Source: a virus. From it: a stretch of DNA of 64,000 bases. Position 1 is the first letter of the stretch; each line of letters starts with the position of its first letter. A program made the position numbers and the translations under genes. Under the pieces are notes generated by a model, which ran no database searches, was not told where the DNA came from, and was given only the letters and a program-made list of their open reading frames with translations. Of this stretch, positions 54,514 to 63,480 are shown one piece after another. The stretch is taken from positions 27,478 to 91,477 of the IMG/VR virus record IMGVR_UViG_3300034069_000595, one strand, 5' to 3'.

Positions 54514-54583
54514 AATCCCCTCGCATAAAAAAGCCCGGTCAGTGCCGGGCGGGTTGATTGGTTCATGGTGGCATCACTAGTGA

Positions 54584-54748
54584 TTAGCGTGGCAACCTGG
54601 TCAGCTCGATGTCGCAATCGTTCCAGCCTGCCAGCCACCAGGCCCAAAGCCGGGTCATGGGCTTGTGGGGCACAGTGTCTTTGGCCTGGTTACGCCTGCG
54701 CTCGCTTTTACCGTCGTAATAGGCGCCGGGCAGCTGCTGGTTACTCAT
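54584..54748 (-). CDS. Rmf/CrpP-fold-like 54-aa protein
   Basis: AYYDG...P...R..WWLAGWND; manually translated. Confidence 0.55.
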   Translation of the reverse strand: MSNQQLPGAYYDGKSERRRNQAKDTVPHKPMTRLWAWWLAGWNDCDIELTRLPR

Positions 54749-54875
54749 GGACGCGCATCCTTTCCACGAACACCGTCCAGCGCTCGAAGGAATTAATCGG
54801 GCTGCTGCCGAATGAGTGAAGGCCCAGGCCCGCGCATTCCCACAGGCCTTTCCAGTATTTTATGTGAGGTTTCAT
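54741..54875 (-). CDS. 44-aa hypothetical protein (MKPHIKYWKGLWEC)
   Basis: ATGA overlap with the upstream ORF. Confidence 0.5.
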   Translation of the reverse strand: MKPHIKYWKGLWECAGLGLHSFGSSPINSFERWTVFVERMRVHE

Positions 54876-55033
54876 CGCGGCCACGCCTTGTGCGAGGTGT
54901 AGTTGTGGAAGCGCATCGACCAGTTGCTGTAGCCGCTCAGGGCCATGGCTGGATGTGCGACCAGATCGTGCAGGATGGCCCACAGCCGGCGCTCGCCTGT
55001 GTTCTTGCAGGCCTTGTTCGGGTCGGTTTTCAC
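54872..55033 (-). CDS. 53-aa hypothetical protein (KTDPNKACKN...LHDLVAHP)
   Basis: GTGA overlap, coupled in the operon. Confidence 0.55.
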   Translation of the reverse strand: MKTDPNKACKNTGERRLWAILHDLVAHPAMALSGYSNWSMRFHNYTSHKAWPR

Positions 55034-55389
55034 GGCTCACCGCCTTGCGCAGCCGCCGCCGCGGCGCTGTATCCGGCCATTACGGTGTCGAGATCCGCCA
55101 TGTTGCGGTCGGACACAGATGCGTAGACCTTGGCTGCAGGAACCCCCCGAGCAAACAGCCTGGCGCCTTCCTGCTCAGGCGTCTCTAGCTTGGGTTTACC
55201 CTCCTGGCGACGCTCATAATCCTTCCAGTTCGCGCACGCCAACCAGCCGTAGAAGCGGCGGTTTAGACTGGCGTCACGGAACCGACGCATGTTCGGGTTG
55301 TTCGTCATGCCCTTAGCAAACTGAGGCTTGAAGCGATCGCCACAGTTGGCAATAAAGTCTCTCAGCTCCTTTTCTTCATCGACAGCCAT
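55030..55389 (-). CDS. Hypothetical early protein
   Basis: Overlap-coupled ORF in the leftward operon. Confidence 0.6.
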   Translation of the reverse strand: MAVDEEKELRDFIANCGDRFKPQFAKGMTNNPNMRRFRDASLNRRFYGWLACANWKDYERRQEGKPKLETPEQEGARLFARGVPAAKVYASVSDRNMADLDTVMAGYSAAAAAAQGGEP

Positions 55390-56171
55390 TATTCACCATC
55401 CTTCATGGCTGGCTTCAGCTTCAGATTGCAGCGAGTGCAGGCCGCTGAATGTCCGCCTTGGGTGATTACGCGAGGGTTGCCTGGCTCTAATACGCATTGG
55501 CAGAGCTTTGCGGTCTCCTTAGCCTTGAGCCATTCCTTGAAATCAGCCCATTCTTCGACCGATACGCCCAGTTCTTCGCGCAGGGTCTTTCCAGGGGTGG
55601 CTGGCACAGATTTGGGGGCGAGGTACTGCTTAACGTCGGTGCTCAGGTCAGGGAATCGACCGAAAGCGCCTGCCAGATCGCCTCTCTCAATCAGCTCCCG
55701 CGCCTTGGTCAGTTCGGATTGCAGGTTTTCAGCGTAGTCCTGCGCCTCGATGCAGAGGTTCTTCTGATGCGTGAGTTCGTCGTTGTGGGCATCGCGAGCC
55801 AACGAGGCGAGATGAAGATCGGCGGTCAGGCGGGTGACGTGGATGCGGTCTATCAGTTCGACAACCTCAACAGCGCGGCCGAATCTAGCATGATGCTTCA
55901 GCGCGTCCTCTACGAGTACCGCATGTTCGTGGTACTTCGTTGAGTGGCCTTCGACAGCTACACGCCACGCCAGCACTTCCACATCGCCAGCAGGCGGCAC
56001 AGTCGCACCGCTCGACGCCGCGTAACCGACGTTGGTGTCTTTGAGGATCGTCGGCTTGACGACCGCGGCGCTCGGTTTTCCAGCGCCGAAGCGACCAGGG
56101 CAATCAGTAGCATGCCACTCGGGCGCAGCGCTGAAGCCGGCCAGGCAGTTGCAAAGGGTGAAGCGGCTCAT
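55389..56171 (-). CDS. Hypothetical early protein with coiled coil and Cys motifs
   Basis: Overlap-coupled; Ead/Ea22-like mosaic character. Confidence 0.55.
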   Translation of the reverse strand: MSRFTLCNCLAGFSAAPEWHATDCPGRFGAGKPSAAVVKPTILKDTNVGYAASSGATVPPAGDVEVLAWRVAVEGHSTKYHEHAVLVEDALKHHARFGRAVEVVELIDRIHVTRLTADLHLASLARDAHNDELTHQKNLCIEAQDYAENLQSELTKARELIERGDLAGAFGRFPDLSTDVKQYLAPKSVPATPGKTLREELGVSVEEWADFKEWLKAKETAKLCQCVLEPGNPRVITQGGHSAACTRCNLKLKPAMKDGE

Positions 56172-56755
56172 ACCGCACCGCCATCAGCAGCCGGCGCGGG
56201 TTGGAACTCGATCGCCTTGCACAGCTTCCGAGCATGATCGAGAAGTGGCGCCGACCAGTCGCGACCAACGCCGTCGTCAAAGGCGAACAGCATGCCGCCT
56301 AGAGCAGTTTCCAGCTCGGCGACCCGTTCCAGCAGCGCAACCTCGCGGCGCTCCGCATCATTGCAGTCGGCCACGGCCACGTCGGCACGGACGCGTTCTG
56401 GCGCGCTGGCCGCTTCGAGCAGCTGATCGCTTTGAGCCCTCAGCGCCGCCAATGCCCACGCCATCAGGCCCGTGGTGTTGCCAGGGCGAATGGCGCGGGC
56501 GTTGCCGACCAGCCAGCTTTGCAGCTCGGCGGCCTCGGCATTGTCGTCGTGGCGACGCTGCTGGGGAGTGACGGGCGCGCGCAACGGCTGGCGCGCTGCG
56601 GCGTCGTCAGCGATCACGGCACTGACAGGATCATCGCCGCGGCAGAAAGCCAGGCGTTCGGTTGGGTTCATGTTGCTGTAGTCGATCTGGCGGACTGTCG
56701 CGCACGAGCAGGTCAAGCGTCCTTGGTTGCAGTCACACATTTTCGCTGCGTTCAT
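56168..56755 (-). CDS. Hypothetical early protein
   Basis: CDCNQGRLTCSC N-terminus; GAGG RBS; directly after the operator/promoter. Confidence 0.6.
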   Translation of the reverse strand: MNAAKMCDCNQGRLTCSCATVRQIDYSNMNPTERLAFCRGDDPVSAVIADDAAARQPLRAPVTPQQRRHDDNAEAAELQSWLVGNARAIRPGNTTGLMAWALAALRAQSDQLLEAASAPERVRADVAVADCNDAERREVALLERVAELETALGGMLFAFDDGVGRDWSAPLLDHARKLCKAIEFQPAPAADGGAV

Positions 56756-56800
56756 TTCCCTTTCCTCGGTGTGTTGTTTGATGCCCAAATAATAGCGCCG

Positions 56801-56818
56801 TTGATCAAATAAGATCAA
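56801..56818. promoter_or_regulatory. Operator, perfect copy, overlapping a leftward sigma70-like promoter
   Basis: TTGATCAAATAAGATCAA; on the minus strand TTGATC-N18-TATTAT. Confidence 0.8.
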
Positions 56819-56851
56819 CGGCGCAGGTAGAACTGTTTGGAATAAGGAAAG

Positions 56852-57040
56852 CTATTTACAAGCAAATTCCTTGTGCTTCTGCGGGTACTGCTCGGGCGGC
56901 AGCAGCAAGCCCTTGTCATCGGCGAACGCCTTACGAACGATCATGCACTGATGCAGTGTGGTCTTCGCCGGCAGTTTGACTTCCATGGTGGTGCAGTCGA
57001 GTTTCGCCGCGCTGGCGCACAGCAGGATTTCAAGGATCAT
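56852..57040 (-). CDS. 62-aa Cys-containing protein
   Basis: ATGA overlap. Confidence 0.5.
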   Translation of the reverse strand: MILEILLCASAAKLDCTTMEVKLPAKTTLHQCMIVRKAFADDKGLLLPPEQYPQKHKEFACK

Positions 57041-57669
57041 GGTCGGTTGTCCTGGCCGCAGTTGCGGCAGTCGTATTGGAAGCGCTGGCGATCGGAGACG
57101 AAGCGTCCGCAACCGCCGCAGTTGAACACCATCTCGCGGGCGCGCTGAGGTCTGGGAAGCTTGATGCCGGTGCCGAGCAGGGCCTGCCTCAGATCAACAT
57201 CTTGGCGGTGAACCAGCCGGCGGCGGATTGCGTCGATATAGTCGGCAGACCAGATCTTGCGGCTCCCTCCCATGAGGCCTCCGGCGAACTGCTTCCTGGC
57301 GTCCTCGATCGACAGGTGCGCTGCCCGTCCGAGATCTTCGGTCACCTGCCCCTTGTTCCAGCCGATCCAGTAGACGTCGTTACCGTTCCAGTCGCCTGGC
57401 ACATGCACGTAGACGCGACAGCCTGGCATCAGCAGCGCATCGCTCGCGGCCTCATCCATAACCTGGTGGTCGACGCCGTAATGCGCCCGAGCGTCGATGT
57501 AGTCCTTCGGCCACGGGACATCGGTGTCGCGGTGGCTGGAGGCCTGCTCGGCGGTGAACAGCTCGGCGCCGTCGAGATCCGTGACGTAGCCGCGGCGATC
57601 TTTGCCCCAGAACTGCAAGCCGTCGCCAACATGGCTGCGGCTGTCCTGCAGGTAGAACAGGCGGGTCAC
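57037..57669 (-). CDS. Conserved prophage protein with duplicated domain and C-terminal Zn ribbon
   Basis: FYLQDSRS.VGD...FW...GY.TDL; CGGC...CRNC. Confidence 0.7.
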   Translation of the reverse strand: MTRLFYLQDSRSHVGDGLQFWGKDRRGYVTDLDGAELFTAEQASSHRDTDVPWPKDYIDARAHYGVDHQVMDEAASDALLMPGCRVYVHVPGDWNGNDVYWIGWNKGQVTEDLGRAAHLSIEDARKQFAGGLMGGSRKIWSADYIDAIRRRLVHRQDVDLRQALLGTGIKLPRPQRAREMVFNCGGCGRFVSDRQRFQYDCRNCGQDNRP

Positions 57670-58283
57670 ACAGCACCGCCTGCGGCTGTTACGGCATCGA
57701 TCTCCTCAGATTCCTTCTCGATCTGCCAGCGTTTCACCTCGGTCCAGCCGGCCGGAACCTCCCAGAGCAGGTGATCCAGTTCGCGATCGAAAGTGGTTTT
57801 GGCTGCCCGGTCGACTTTGTACTGCGCGAGCTTTTCGGGATCGACGTCCTTCCACGGAACGCTGACGTACCAGATGGGCGTCGGCTCGCTGAAGCCCCAC
57901 ACCGTGGGCGCATACCATCGATTGCCGTGAGTGAGGCAAGGCAGGCCCGGCGTCAGCTCTACTAGCTTGAGCGCATTTTCGATCGGCTCAGGGCGCGGCA
58001 GTGAGTCGATTTCCTTCCAGATCTCAGCACCTGGCCCACGGCGGCGTGGCACCCACATGCGGTGCTTCTGGATCAAGCGATAGACCGTGGTGTCTGGGCG
58101 CTCCTTGAAGATAAAGCCGGCGAACTGACCAGTGTGGTCGTAGTTGTTGACCTGGCTGGCGCCGTACTTGTCGCCCAGCTCCTTGAACAATTTCCCGGCA
58201 GCGTTGCGCAGCTCGAACAGGCGAGCGATTTCGTCAACAACAGGCCCTTCGGTGATGCGGAAATAGCGTTGATATACGGACAT
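57666..58283 (-). CDS. Hypothetical early protein
   Basis: Overlap-coupled ORF, natural composition. Confidence 0.65.
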   Translation of the reverse strand: MSVYQRYFRITEGPVVDEIARLFELRNAAGKLFKELGDKYGASQVNNYDHTGQFAGFIFKERPDTTVYRLIQKHRMWVPRRRGPGAEIWKEIDSLPRPEPIENALKLVELTPGLPCLTHGNRWYAPTVWGFSEPTPIWYVSVPWKDVDPEKLAQYKVDRAAKTTFDRELDHLLWEVPAGWTEVKRWQIEKESEEIDAVTAAGGAV

Positions 58284-58293
58284 AGGTAGGGTC

Positions 58294-58440
58294 TCAGTTC
58301 AGGTGGTAGCCGCCGCACTTGGTGCAGCGCTTCGGGGTCACAGTGACGCGATCGCGCCGGTAGATCGCAGACGCCGCTGCGGTCGCGCTCTCGACACTGG
58401 CGAAACGCTTGCGGGGGTGGCAGGCGTGGCGCTCTGGCAT
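58294..58440 (-). CDS. 48-aa zinc-finger-like protein (C..RKRF...RCTKCGGYHL)
   Basis: GGAG RBS; manually translated. Confidence 0.55.
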   Translation of the reverse strand: MPERHACHPRKRFASVESATAAASAIYRRDRVTVTPKRCTKCGGYHLN

Positions 58441-58484
58441 GGCGATGCACTCCAGGATGGGCGCCGGAGCGCCCGGGTGGGGGA

Positions 58485-59606
58485 TCAGATGTGGCAGTCG
58501 TAGACCGACAGCAGGGTTTCATCCGGCAGGCCATCGAGCAGCTTGCCCAGCTCTGTCAGCCAGGTGTTGTCGTCCTTCTCGTCGGCGACCATGCCCCACC
58601 AGCCCATCGAGCCACGCTCGTGCCAGACGCCGTCCTTCAGGATCGCGAAGGTCGAGGCTGACTTCAGACCGGAGAGGCGGATGTAGGTCTCGCGATCGAC
58701 CAGGAATTCGTCCGGGCCTTCCCAGCTGCGCGTCGCTTCCTTGTAGGCCAGCACGCCAGCCTGAGCGTGGTAGACGTCGCGAGCAGCATTAATTCCGCCG
58801 GGCAGCTCAGGGGTCTCGCCGAGGTATTTGGCGCGCAAGGTTACCCAGTCGGCGACCTGCGGATGCAGCGCCAGGATCGCGGCAGCGCGATCATATTGTT
58901 CGGCGGCCTTCACTTCGGCATCGACGCGCATTCCGTCAAAGTCGATGTCGAGCTTGAACGCTTGGTCGGCGGTACCCTCAGGAGCGCCCGAGGTCATCAA
59001 GCCAGGCTTGCCGGTGATACCGTTGGTGCGTGGCTTCATCTTGAAGAAGCCTGACCAGCGACCGCCCAGCTGATGCCAGTCCCACTTGCGGTTCGGGTTG
59101 GTGCGGCGGACAACCTTGGTGACTTCGCCGCCTTCCGTCAGCACGTAGCCGTATTTGTGATCGCCCTCGATGTCGATCGGGGTATCTTCGTTGGCTTCGC
59201 TCATGCCGTGGTAATCGCACAGATGCTCGCGCAACGTCATGATTTCTGGAGTCGGGATCTCCAGCTCGACGTAACCGTCAGGAATATTATGAACGGTACG
59301 GTTGGACATGATATCGCCGGGCTTGTACTCGGGATTTGGAACCTGGAAAAGATTCGACCATTTGCGGATGAGTGCGCCGTGCACGGGGTGGATCACTACT
59401 TCCTTCTGCTGCTCGCCGTTCATCAGCGTGCCTTCGGGAATCTGCACCATCGACATGGTGTCGTTCGCGTATTCGGTGCGCTTTTCTTCGGTCTCGTCGA
59501 GGTCTTGAACGTAGCGGTCGTTTGTGCCGGTGCATTCAAACTCGTGGAACGGTGCCAGTTGCTTTTCTGGATCCTGGCCGATGACCAGAACTGTGAAGTG
59601 GCTCAT
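58485..59606 (-). CDS. Conserved phage protein (MSHFTVLVIG family)
   Basis: NPNRKWDW..LGGRWSG and GEWHE.G.MGWWG-like motifs; AAAGGA RBS. Confidence 0.75.
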   Translation of the reverse strand: MSHFTVLVIGQDPEKQLAPFHEFECTGTNDRYVQDLDETEEKRTEYANDTMSMVQIPEGTLMNGEQQKEVVIHPVHGALIRKWSNLFQVPNPEYKPGDIMSNRTVHNIPDGYVELEIPTPEIMTLREHLCDYHGMSEANEDTPIDIEGDHKYGYVLTEGGEVTKVVRRTNPNRKWDWHQLGGRWSGFFKMKPRTNGITGKPGLMTSGAPEGTADQAFKLDIDFDGMRVDAEVKAAEQYDRAAAILALHPQVADWVTLRAKYLGETPELPGGINAARDVYHAQAGVLAYKEATRSWEGPDEFLVDRETYIRLSGLKSASTFAILKDGVWHERGSMGWWGMVADEKDDNTWLTELGKLLDGLPDETLLSVYDCHI

Positions 59607-59692
59607 ATCCTTTCTCTCTTGAGTGCCAGCAGCGGGCTGGCTCCGTTACCGCGAAACCCCGCACTCGGCGGGGTTCGTTGATAGGGTGAGGG

Positions 59693-59860
59693 TTAGCGGA
59701 GGCTGGCGACCTGGGCGCGAGCATCGCTGTCATCAAGCTGACGCTGCTTGGTGAGCTTCGCCAGCATCGGGGATACCGGGGTCGCGGCGCGCACGCGTGC
59801 TTTGCTGTGCTTCTCGATCAGATCAGCCGCGGATGGGCGTTTCGGTTGAGGATGGGACAT
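59693..59860 (-). CDS. 55-aa basic protein
   Basis: GGAG RBS; followed by a GC hairpin. Confidence 0.55.
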   Translation of the reverse strand: MSHPQPKRPSAADLIEKHSKARVRAATPVSPMLAKLTKQRQLDDSDARAQVASLR

Positions 59861-60023
59861 TGTGTTGCTCCTTGGTGGCGTGGTTACCGGTCTGAGTTAC
59901 CGGCACGGTTACGGTTGATTGGGTCGGCTTGCTGAACGTCCAAGCCAGGCACAGAGCCAGCAGCACCACACCAGCCCACAGACCGAAGTCATCAACGTTT
60001 TTGCGGGGCTGTTTGTCTGTCAT
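59823..60023 (-). CDS. Small single-TM protein
   Basis: AGGAG RBS; one hydrophobic segment. Confidence 0.6.
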   Translation of the reverse strand: MTDKQPRKNVDDFGLWAGVVLLALCLAWTFSKPTQSTVTVPVTQTGNHATKEQHNVPSSTETPIRG

Positions 60024-60067
60024 GCTGCTTGCTCCTGTGTGCTTTTGTTGGAGCAATTATTGCTCTA

Positions 60068-60085
60068 TTGATCAAATAAGATCAA
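60068..60085. promoter_or_regulatory. Operator, perfect copy
   Basis: TTGATCAAATAAGATCAA, identical to 56801-56818. Confidence 0.8.
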
Positions 60086-60111
60086 TCGAATGCTTAGAAC
60101 GGTTTGGAATA

Positions 60112-60759
60112 TCAGAAAGGAAGACCTCCGTTGTAAACGCATATGGCGTTGCCTGATGGATCGCGCCCGGTGCCGTCGCAGCACCAGCACTCTGGGTCGT
60201 GGCAGCGTCGATCTGCATCAGCCACCGGCTCGGCAATCTCGCTCCATGGTGCTGGTAGCGGTGTGATCGCCCCGGCCTTCATCGACGCATCCATGTCGAT
60301 GCCGAGCATGGCAGCACGGTTGCGAGCACGGTTGCCGTTGCCTGGCGAGAAGTCGGGGATGTCATCAGCGTCGGTGGCGGTCCCTGGCGGATTGTCTGGG
60401 GCATACATCCAGCCAGTGACGGTGACCGTGTCCGGGATGTTGAACCAGGAGCCGCCGTAGCAATAGCGATCGACAATCCCACCGCAGCCCAGGCCAGGCC
60501 AGAACCCGTCGAACTTCATGATGACGACGTGCATGTCTGGCGGCAGGCTGTCCGTGATCCACCCGTGCGCAGCTTGCAGCGCCTCGATCGCGCCCACCAG
60601 ATCGGCGACGTGATCGAGCAGCGTGTCATCGCAATACGAGTGGCGAGCGATGAGCCATTGCCCATCGGCCTCGAACTCCCACTGCCAGCCTTCGGGCCGA
60701 GCTGGGTTGCGGCGGAACTGGACGCCGGGGAACAGCTCGATGATGGGGAGGTCGCTCAT
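60112..60759 (-). CDS. Mosaic hypothetical protein (DUF551-like segment, Cys-rich tail)
   Basis: WITDSLPP...VTGWMYAPDNP; IPDFSPGNGNRAR. Confidence 0.6.
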   Translation of the reverse strand: MSDLPIIELFPGVQFRRNPARPEGWQWEFEADGQWLIARHSYCDDTLLDHVADLVGAIEALQAAHGWITDSLPPDMHVVIMKFDGFWPGLGCGGIVDRYCYGGSWFNIPDTVTVTGWMYAPDNPPGTATDADDIPDFSPGNGNRARNRAAMLGIDMDASMKAGAITPLPAPWSEIAEPVADADRRCHDPECWCCDGTGRDPSGNAICVYNGGLPF

Positions 60760-60986
60760 ACCGACGCCTCCATCACCACGATCGGGTCGTACCACTCGGC
60801 GCAGAACAGGACGCGAGCACGCTTGTGTCCGCCATCGATCATGGCTTTCACGGCGATCGACGCGGCCAGGGCCTTGTCATCGTAGGCCTCGATCGCGCTG
60901 TCAGCCGCTTGCCAGGTGCGGCAGCCGCGACCGCGCACCTGTGGATGGTAGAGGCCTTTTGGAGCGTGGATGTGCAGGCCGGTCAT
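60756..60986 (-). CDS. 76-aa hypothetical protein
   Basis: Coupled through the shared junction motif. Confidence 0.6.
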   Translation of the reverse strand: MTGLHIHAPKGLYHPQVRGRGCRTWQAADSAIEAYDDKALAASIAVKAMIDGGHKRARVLFCAEWYDPIVVMEASV

Positions 60987-61447
60987 GGTTGCACCGCCTG
61001 CATCAGCTCGGCCGGGACGCTGACGGTTTCGCCGAACGACCAGCACACAATGCAGCGCATCGCGGCTACCAGCGGCTCATCAGGATGGTTGTGGGCTTTG
61101 CGACGGTGTTCGCCCTTGCGGAAGATGGTCGCTCCCCAGTAACCGCTTTCGCGCCAGCCAGCGTTCGGACCGCCGTGCACGTGGATCAGGGCTTCCTTTG
61201 GCGAAAGCAGGACGCCGTATTTCTGGACCAGTGGGCCGCCCTGAGCCCAGTCGGTGGAAGGGGAGTAGCTGGATTTGAGCCAGGACTGCGGATCAGCGGC
61301 GTCGTGCGCGATGCCGATCACCCAGCAGCCGATATCGGCGGTGGCGTCGCGCAGTACGAAGCCTTCCGGTTTTTCGATCTGCGCGACAGCCCAGTCCAGC
61401 GGGCGCCCGACCAAGTCCGCGACGCGCACCTCTATAAGCGCGGTCAC
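60983..61447 (-). CDS. DUF2591/NinX-like protein
   Basis: L.GRPLDWAVA...YSPSTDWAQGGPLVQKY. Confidence 0.75.
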   Translation of the reverse strand: MTALIEVRVADLVGRPLDWAVAQIEKPEGFVLRDATADIGCWVIGIAHDAADPQSWLKSSYSPSTDWAQGGPLVQKYGVLLSPKEALIHVHGGPNAGWRESGYWGATIFRKGEHRRKAHNHPDEPLVAAMRCIVCWSFGETVSVPAELMQAVQP

Positions 61448-62010
61448 GATTGCACCGCCTGGACCAACTCGACGGGAACGCTGACGACTTCGCCCAGCGC
61501 TGCCCGCACTATGAGGCGGCAGGCTGCAATGAGGTGGGTGGGACCGACGCCCTGTTGCTCCTCATCCGCAGGGGCGGCGAAGGCGAGCCAGTTGTCAGCG
61601 TCTTTGCCGACGAACCCGATGGCGTGCTTGGCGATCAGCGGGCCGCCGATGTCCCAATCGATGTCCGGTCGGTAGCAGCCCCAGTCGTCGGTCCAGATAT
61701 TGCCGAACTTGCCCGAGCCATCGTGGCGGCAGCACCACTCAACCGTTTCGGCCGAGCCCTCTGCCACCGCAACAGCGTAGGCCAGCAACGGGCCAGCCAG
61801 GTCCGCGACGCGCAGTTCGACGAGGGCAGTCAGCGGAGCTGGCGAGAGTTCGTGATCCTCAATGCCGCCTTCGATCCCGTCCTTATAGCGGACCTCGTAA
61901 TTAGTGCGGCCTTCAAAGCCATCATCGTCCACGCTGGACACGGTCGCAGGTTTGCCTCGGTAGATCACGGACTGGTTACGCTGAAATCTTGGCGCGCCTG
62001 GAGTGCTCAC
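61444..62010 (-). CDS. DUF2591/NinX-like paralog with extra N-terminal SH3-like domain
   Basis: LAGPLLAYAVA...YRPDIDWDIGGPLIAKH. Confidence 0.7.
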   Translation of the reverse strand: MSTPGAPRFQRNQSVIYRGKPATVSSVDDDGFEGRTNYEVRYKDGIEGGIEDHELSPAPLTALVELRVADLAGPLLAYAVAVAEGSAETVEWCCRHDGSGKFGNIWTDDWGCYRPDIDWDIGGPLIAKHAIGFVGKDADNWLAFAAPADEEQQGVGPTHLIAACRLIVRAALGEVVSVPVELVQAVQS

Positions 62011-62444
62011 GATTGCACCTCGTTTTCGTATGGAGGCAGGTTCTCCGGCTTGCGCGGCTCAAGGAACATCGCGTGTTCGCCTGCCGTGACGTAAGCCGGG
62101 ATGTTCAGGATGTGCGAATCCCAAGTCGCATGGGCGTGATCGCGATACGGTGTTTCGATGCTCTTATGGTCAAGCCAGACCACTGGTGACTTGCCACTAA
62201 ACCTGCGAACGGTGCAGCCCAGCTCTGTTTCCTTGCGGTCGCGCACCTGCTCGCCTTCCGCATCCTCGCGCCGGATATCCCACTTGGTGAGCGGAACAAC
62301 GAGCAGGTAGCGGCAGCACTTAGCGCCGGCCGAGTAACCCTCTGGCGGCTCGGCACCTTCGGGATCCCAGCGCAGTTCGAGGCGCGGCATCGGCAGTTCG
62401 CTGGCTTTGAGCAGTGGCGGGTTGGGGGTATTGGTGGTGCTCAC
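62007..62444 (-). CDS. Hypothetical early protein
   Basis: GTG start within the junction motif. Confidence 0.6.
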   Translation of the reverse strand: MSTTNTPNPPLLKASELPMPRLELRWDPEGAEPPEGYSAGAKCCRYLLVVPLTKWDIRREDAEGEQVRDRKETELGCTVRRFSGKSPVVWLDHKSIETPYRDHAHATWDSHILNIPAYVTAGEHAMFLEPRKPENLPPYENEVQS

Positions 62445-62986
62445 GATTGCACCTCCGGGACCGCCGTGAACATCCATGGCTCGGTGCGGAACGTCTTGAT
62501 CCGCTTTCCGTCGACAACCGGCTCAAGTATCAACGAGGTGGTAGTCACGGCCGGGCCTTCGAGGAACAGCACTACGGCATCTCGCGAAAAGACGATCGAA
62601 TGCACTTGGTCATGAGTCATGCCGTACCAGTCGCCTGCCCGGTAGCAGTGGCGATATCCCTCCCACCGGCTGACGGTCATGCTCTCCGTTTCGTACTGCC
62701 CAGGAGCCCCGCCGTATTCCATAGCGGTTAGGCAGAATTCATCACCAGCTTCAATCTCCTGGAAGACGATGTTCGTCACTTCGCCTCGCAGTACCAGGCA
62801 CTGGAAGTCGAAGCGGTGGCTGTGCGGGGTGATGTGTTCGTACTGCCGGCGACTATTGATGAACAGGCGCGCGACGCCCTGATCCGACTTGGCCGCAAGC
62901 AAACTGCTCGTCAGCCCTGGGATTATGTAGTTTTGCAGCGGCGAGTGCGACAAGCGCAGCAGCTGCTCCAGATCCAGTCCGTTCAT
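62441..62986 (-). CDS. Cupin-like metal-binding protein
   Basis: PHSHRFDF..LVL.G and HDQVHSI motifs; AAAGGA RBS. Confidence 0.6.
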   Translation of the reverse strand: MNGLDLEQLLRLSHSPLQNYIIPGLTSSLLAAKSDQGVARLFINSRRQYEHITPHSHRFDFQCLVLRGEVTNIVFQEIEAGDEFCLTAMEYGGAPGQYETESMTVSRWEGYRHCYRAGDWYGMTHDQVHSIVFSRDAVVLFLEGPAVTTTSLILEPVVDGKRIKTFRTEPWMFTAVPEVQS

Positions 62987-63029
62987 TCCTTTCTCCAGGC
63001 CCCGCAGGGCCGGTCGGTGGGTGGTGGGT

Positions 63030-63434
63030 TCAGTAGCGGGCGCCGCAGTCGTGGACGCGCTGGCGTTTCTCCAGTGGGCGCTGGGCTTCCAAGGCTGCTT
63101 GGCTCTCGCGGTGACGGGCCTCATCAATCTCCCATGGCGGCCGGCAGTTGGTGGGCAGCTTCTCGCCAGTTTCCACCAGGCGGCGGATCTCGGCGACCAG
63201 GGCTTTGGTGTCCAGCAGACGCTCGAACTTGCGACCGAGCGGGCGTGCTGGCTGATCGAAGATGTCCGAGTCGTGTTCGAACAGCGTCCAGCCGGAGCAG
63301 CTGCGGCCCATCGCGTAGAAGTAGCGGCCTTCGAGCGTGCAGCTGCGCTCGCGGCTGCTGTGCACGGTGAATTCAAGGCCGGCGACGCGAACGATCTTGC
63401 GCTCGCGGGCTGGCTGGGTGGTGGTGTCGGTCAT
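63030..63434 (-). CDS. Hypothetical early protein
   Basis: AAAGGA RBS. Confidence 0.55.
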   Translation of the reverse strand: MTDTTTQPARERKIVRVAGLEFTVHSSRERSCTLEGRYFYAMGRSCSGWTLFEHDSDIFDQPARPLGRKFERLLDTKALVAEIRRLVETGEKLPTNCRPPWEIDEARHRESQAALEAQRPLEKRQRVHDCGARY

Positions 63435-63480
63435 GTCCTTTCTCCGGGCCTAAAAAAGCCGGTCACGAGTTGTTGGGTTT

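Noticed and set aside
54334-63434. Anti-CRISPR/Aca locus among the small early ORFs
   Set aside because: No recognisable Acr or Aca HTH; small size alone is not evidence.
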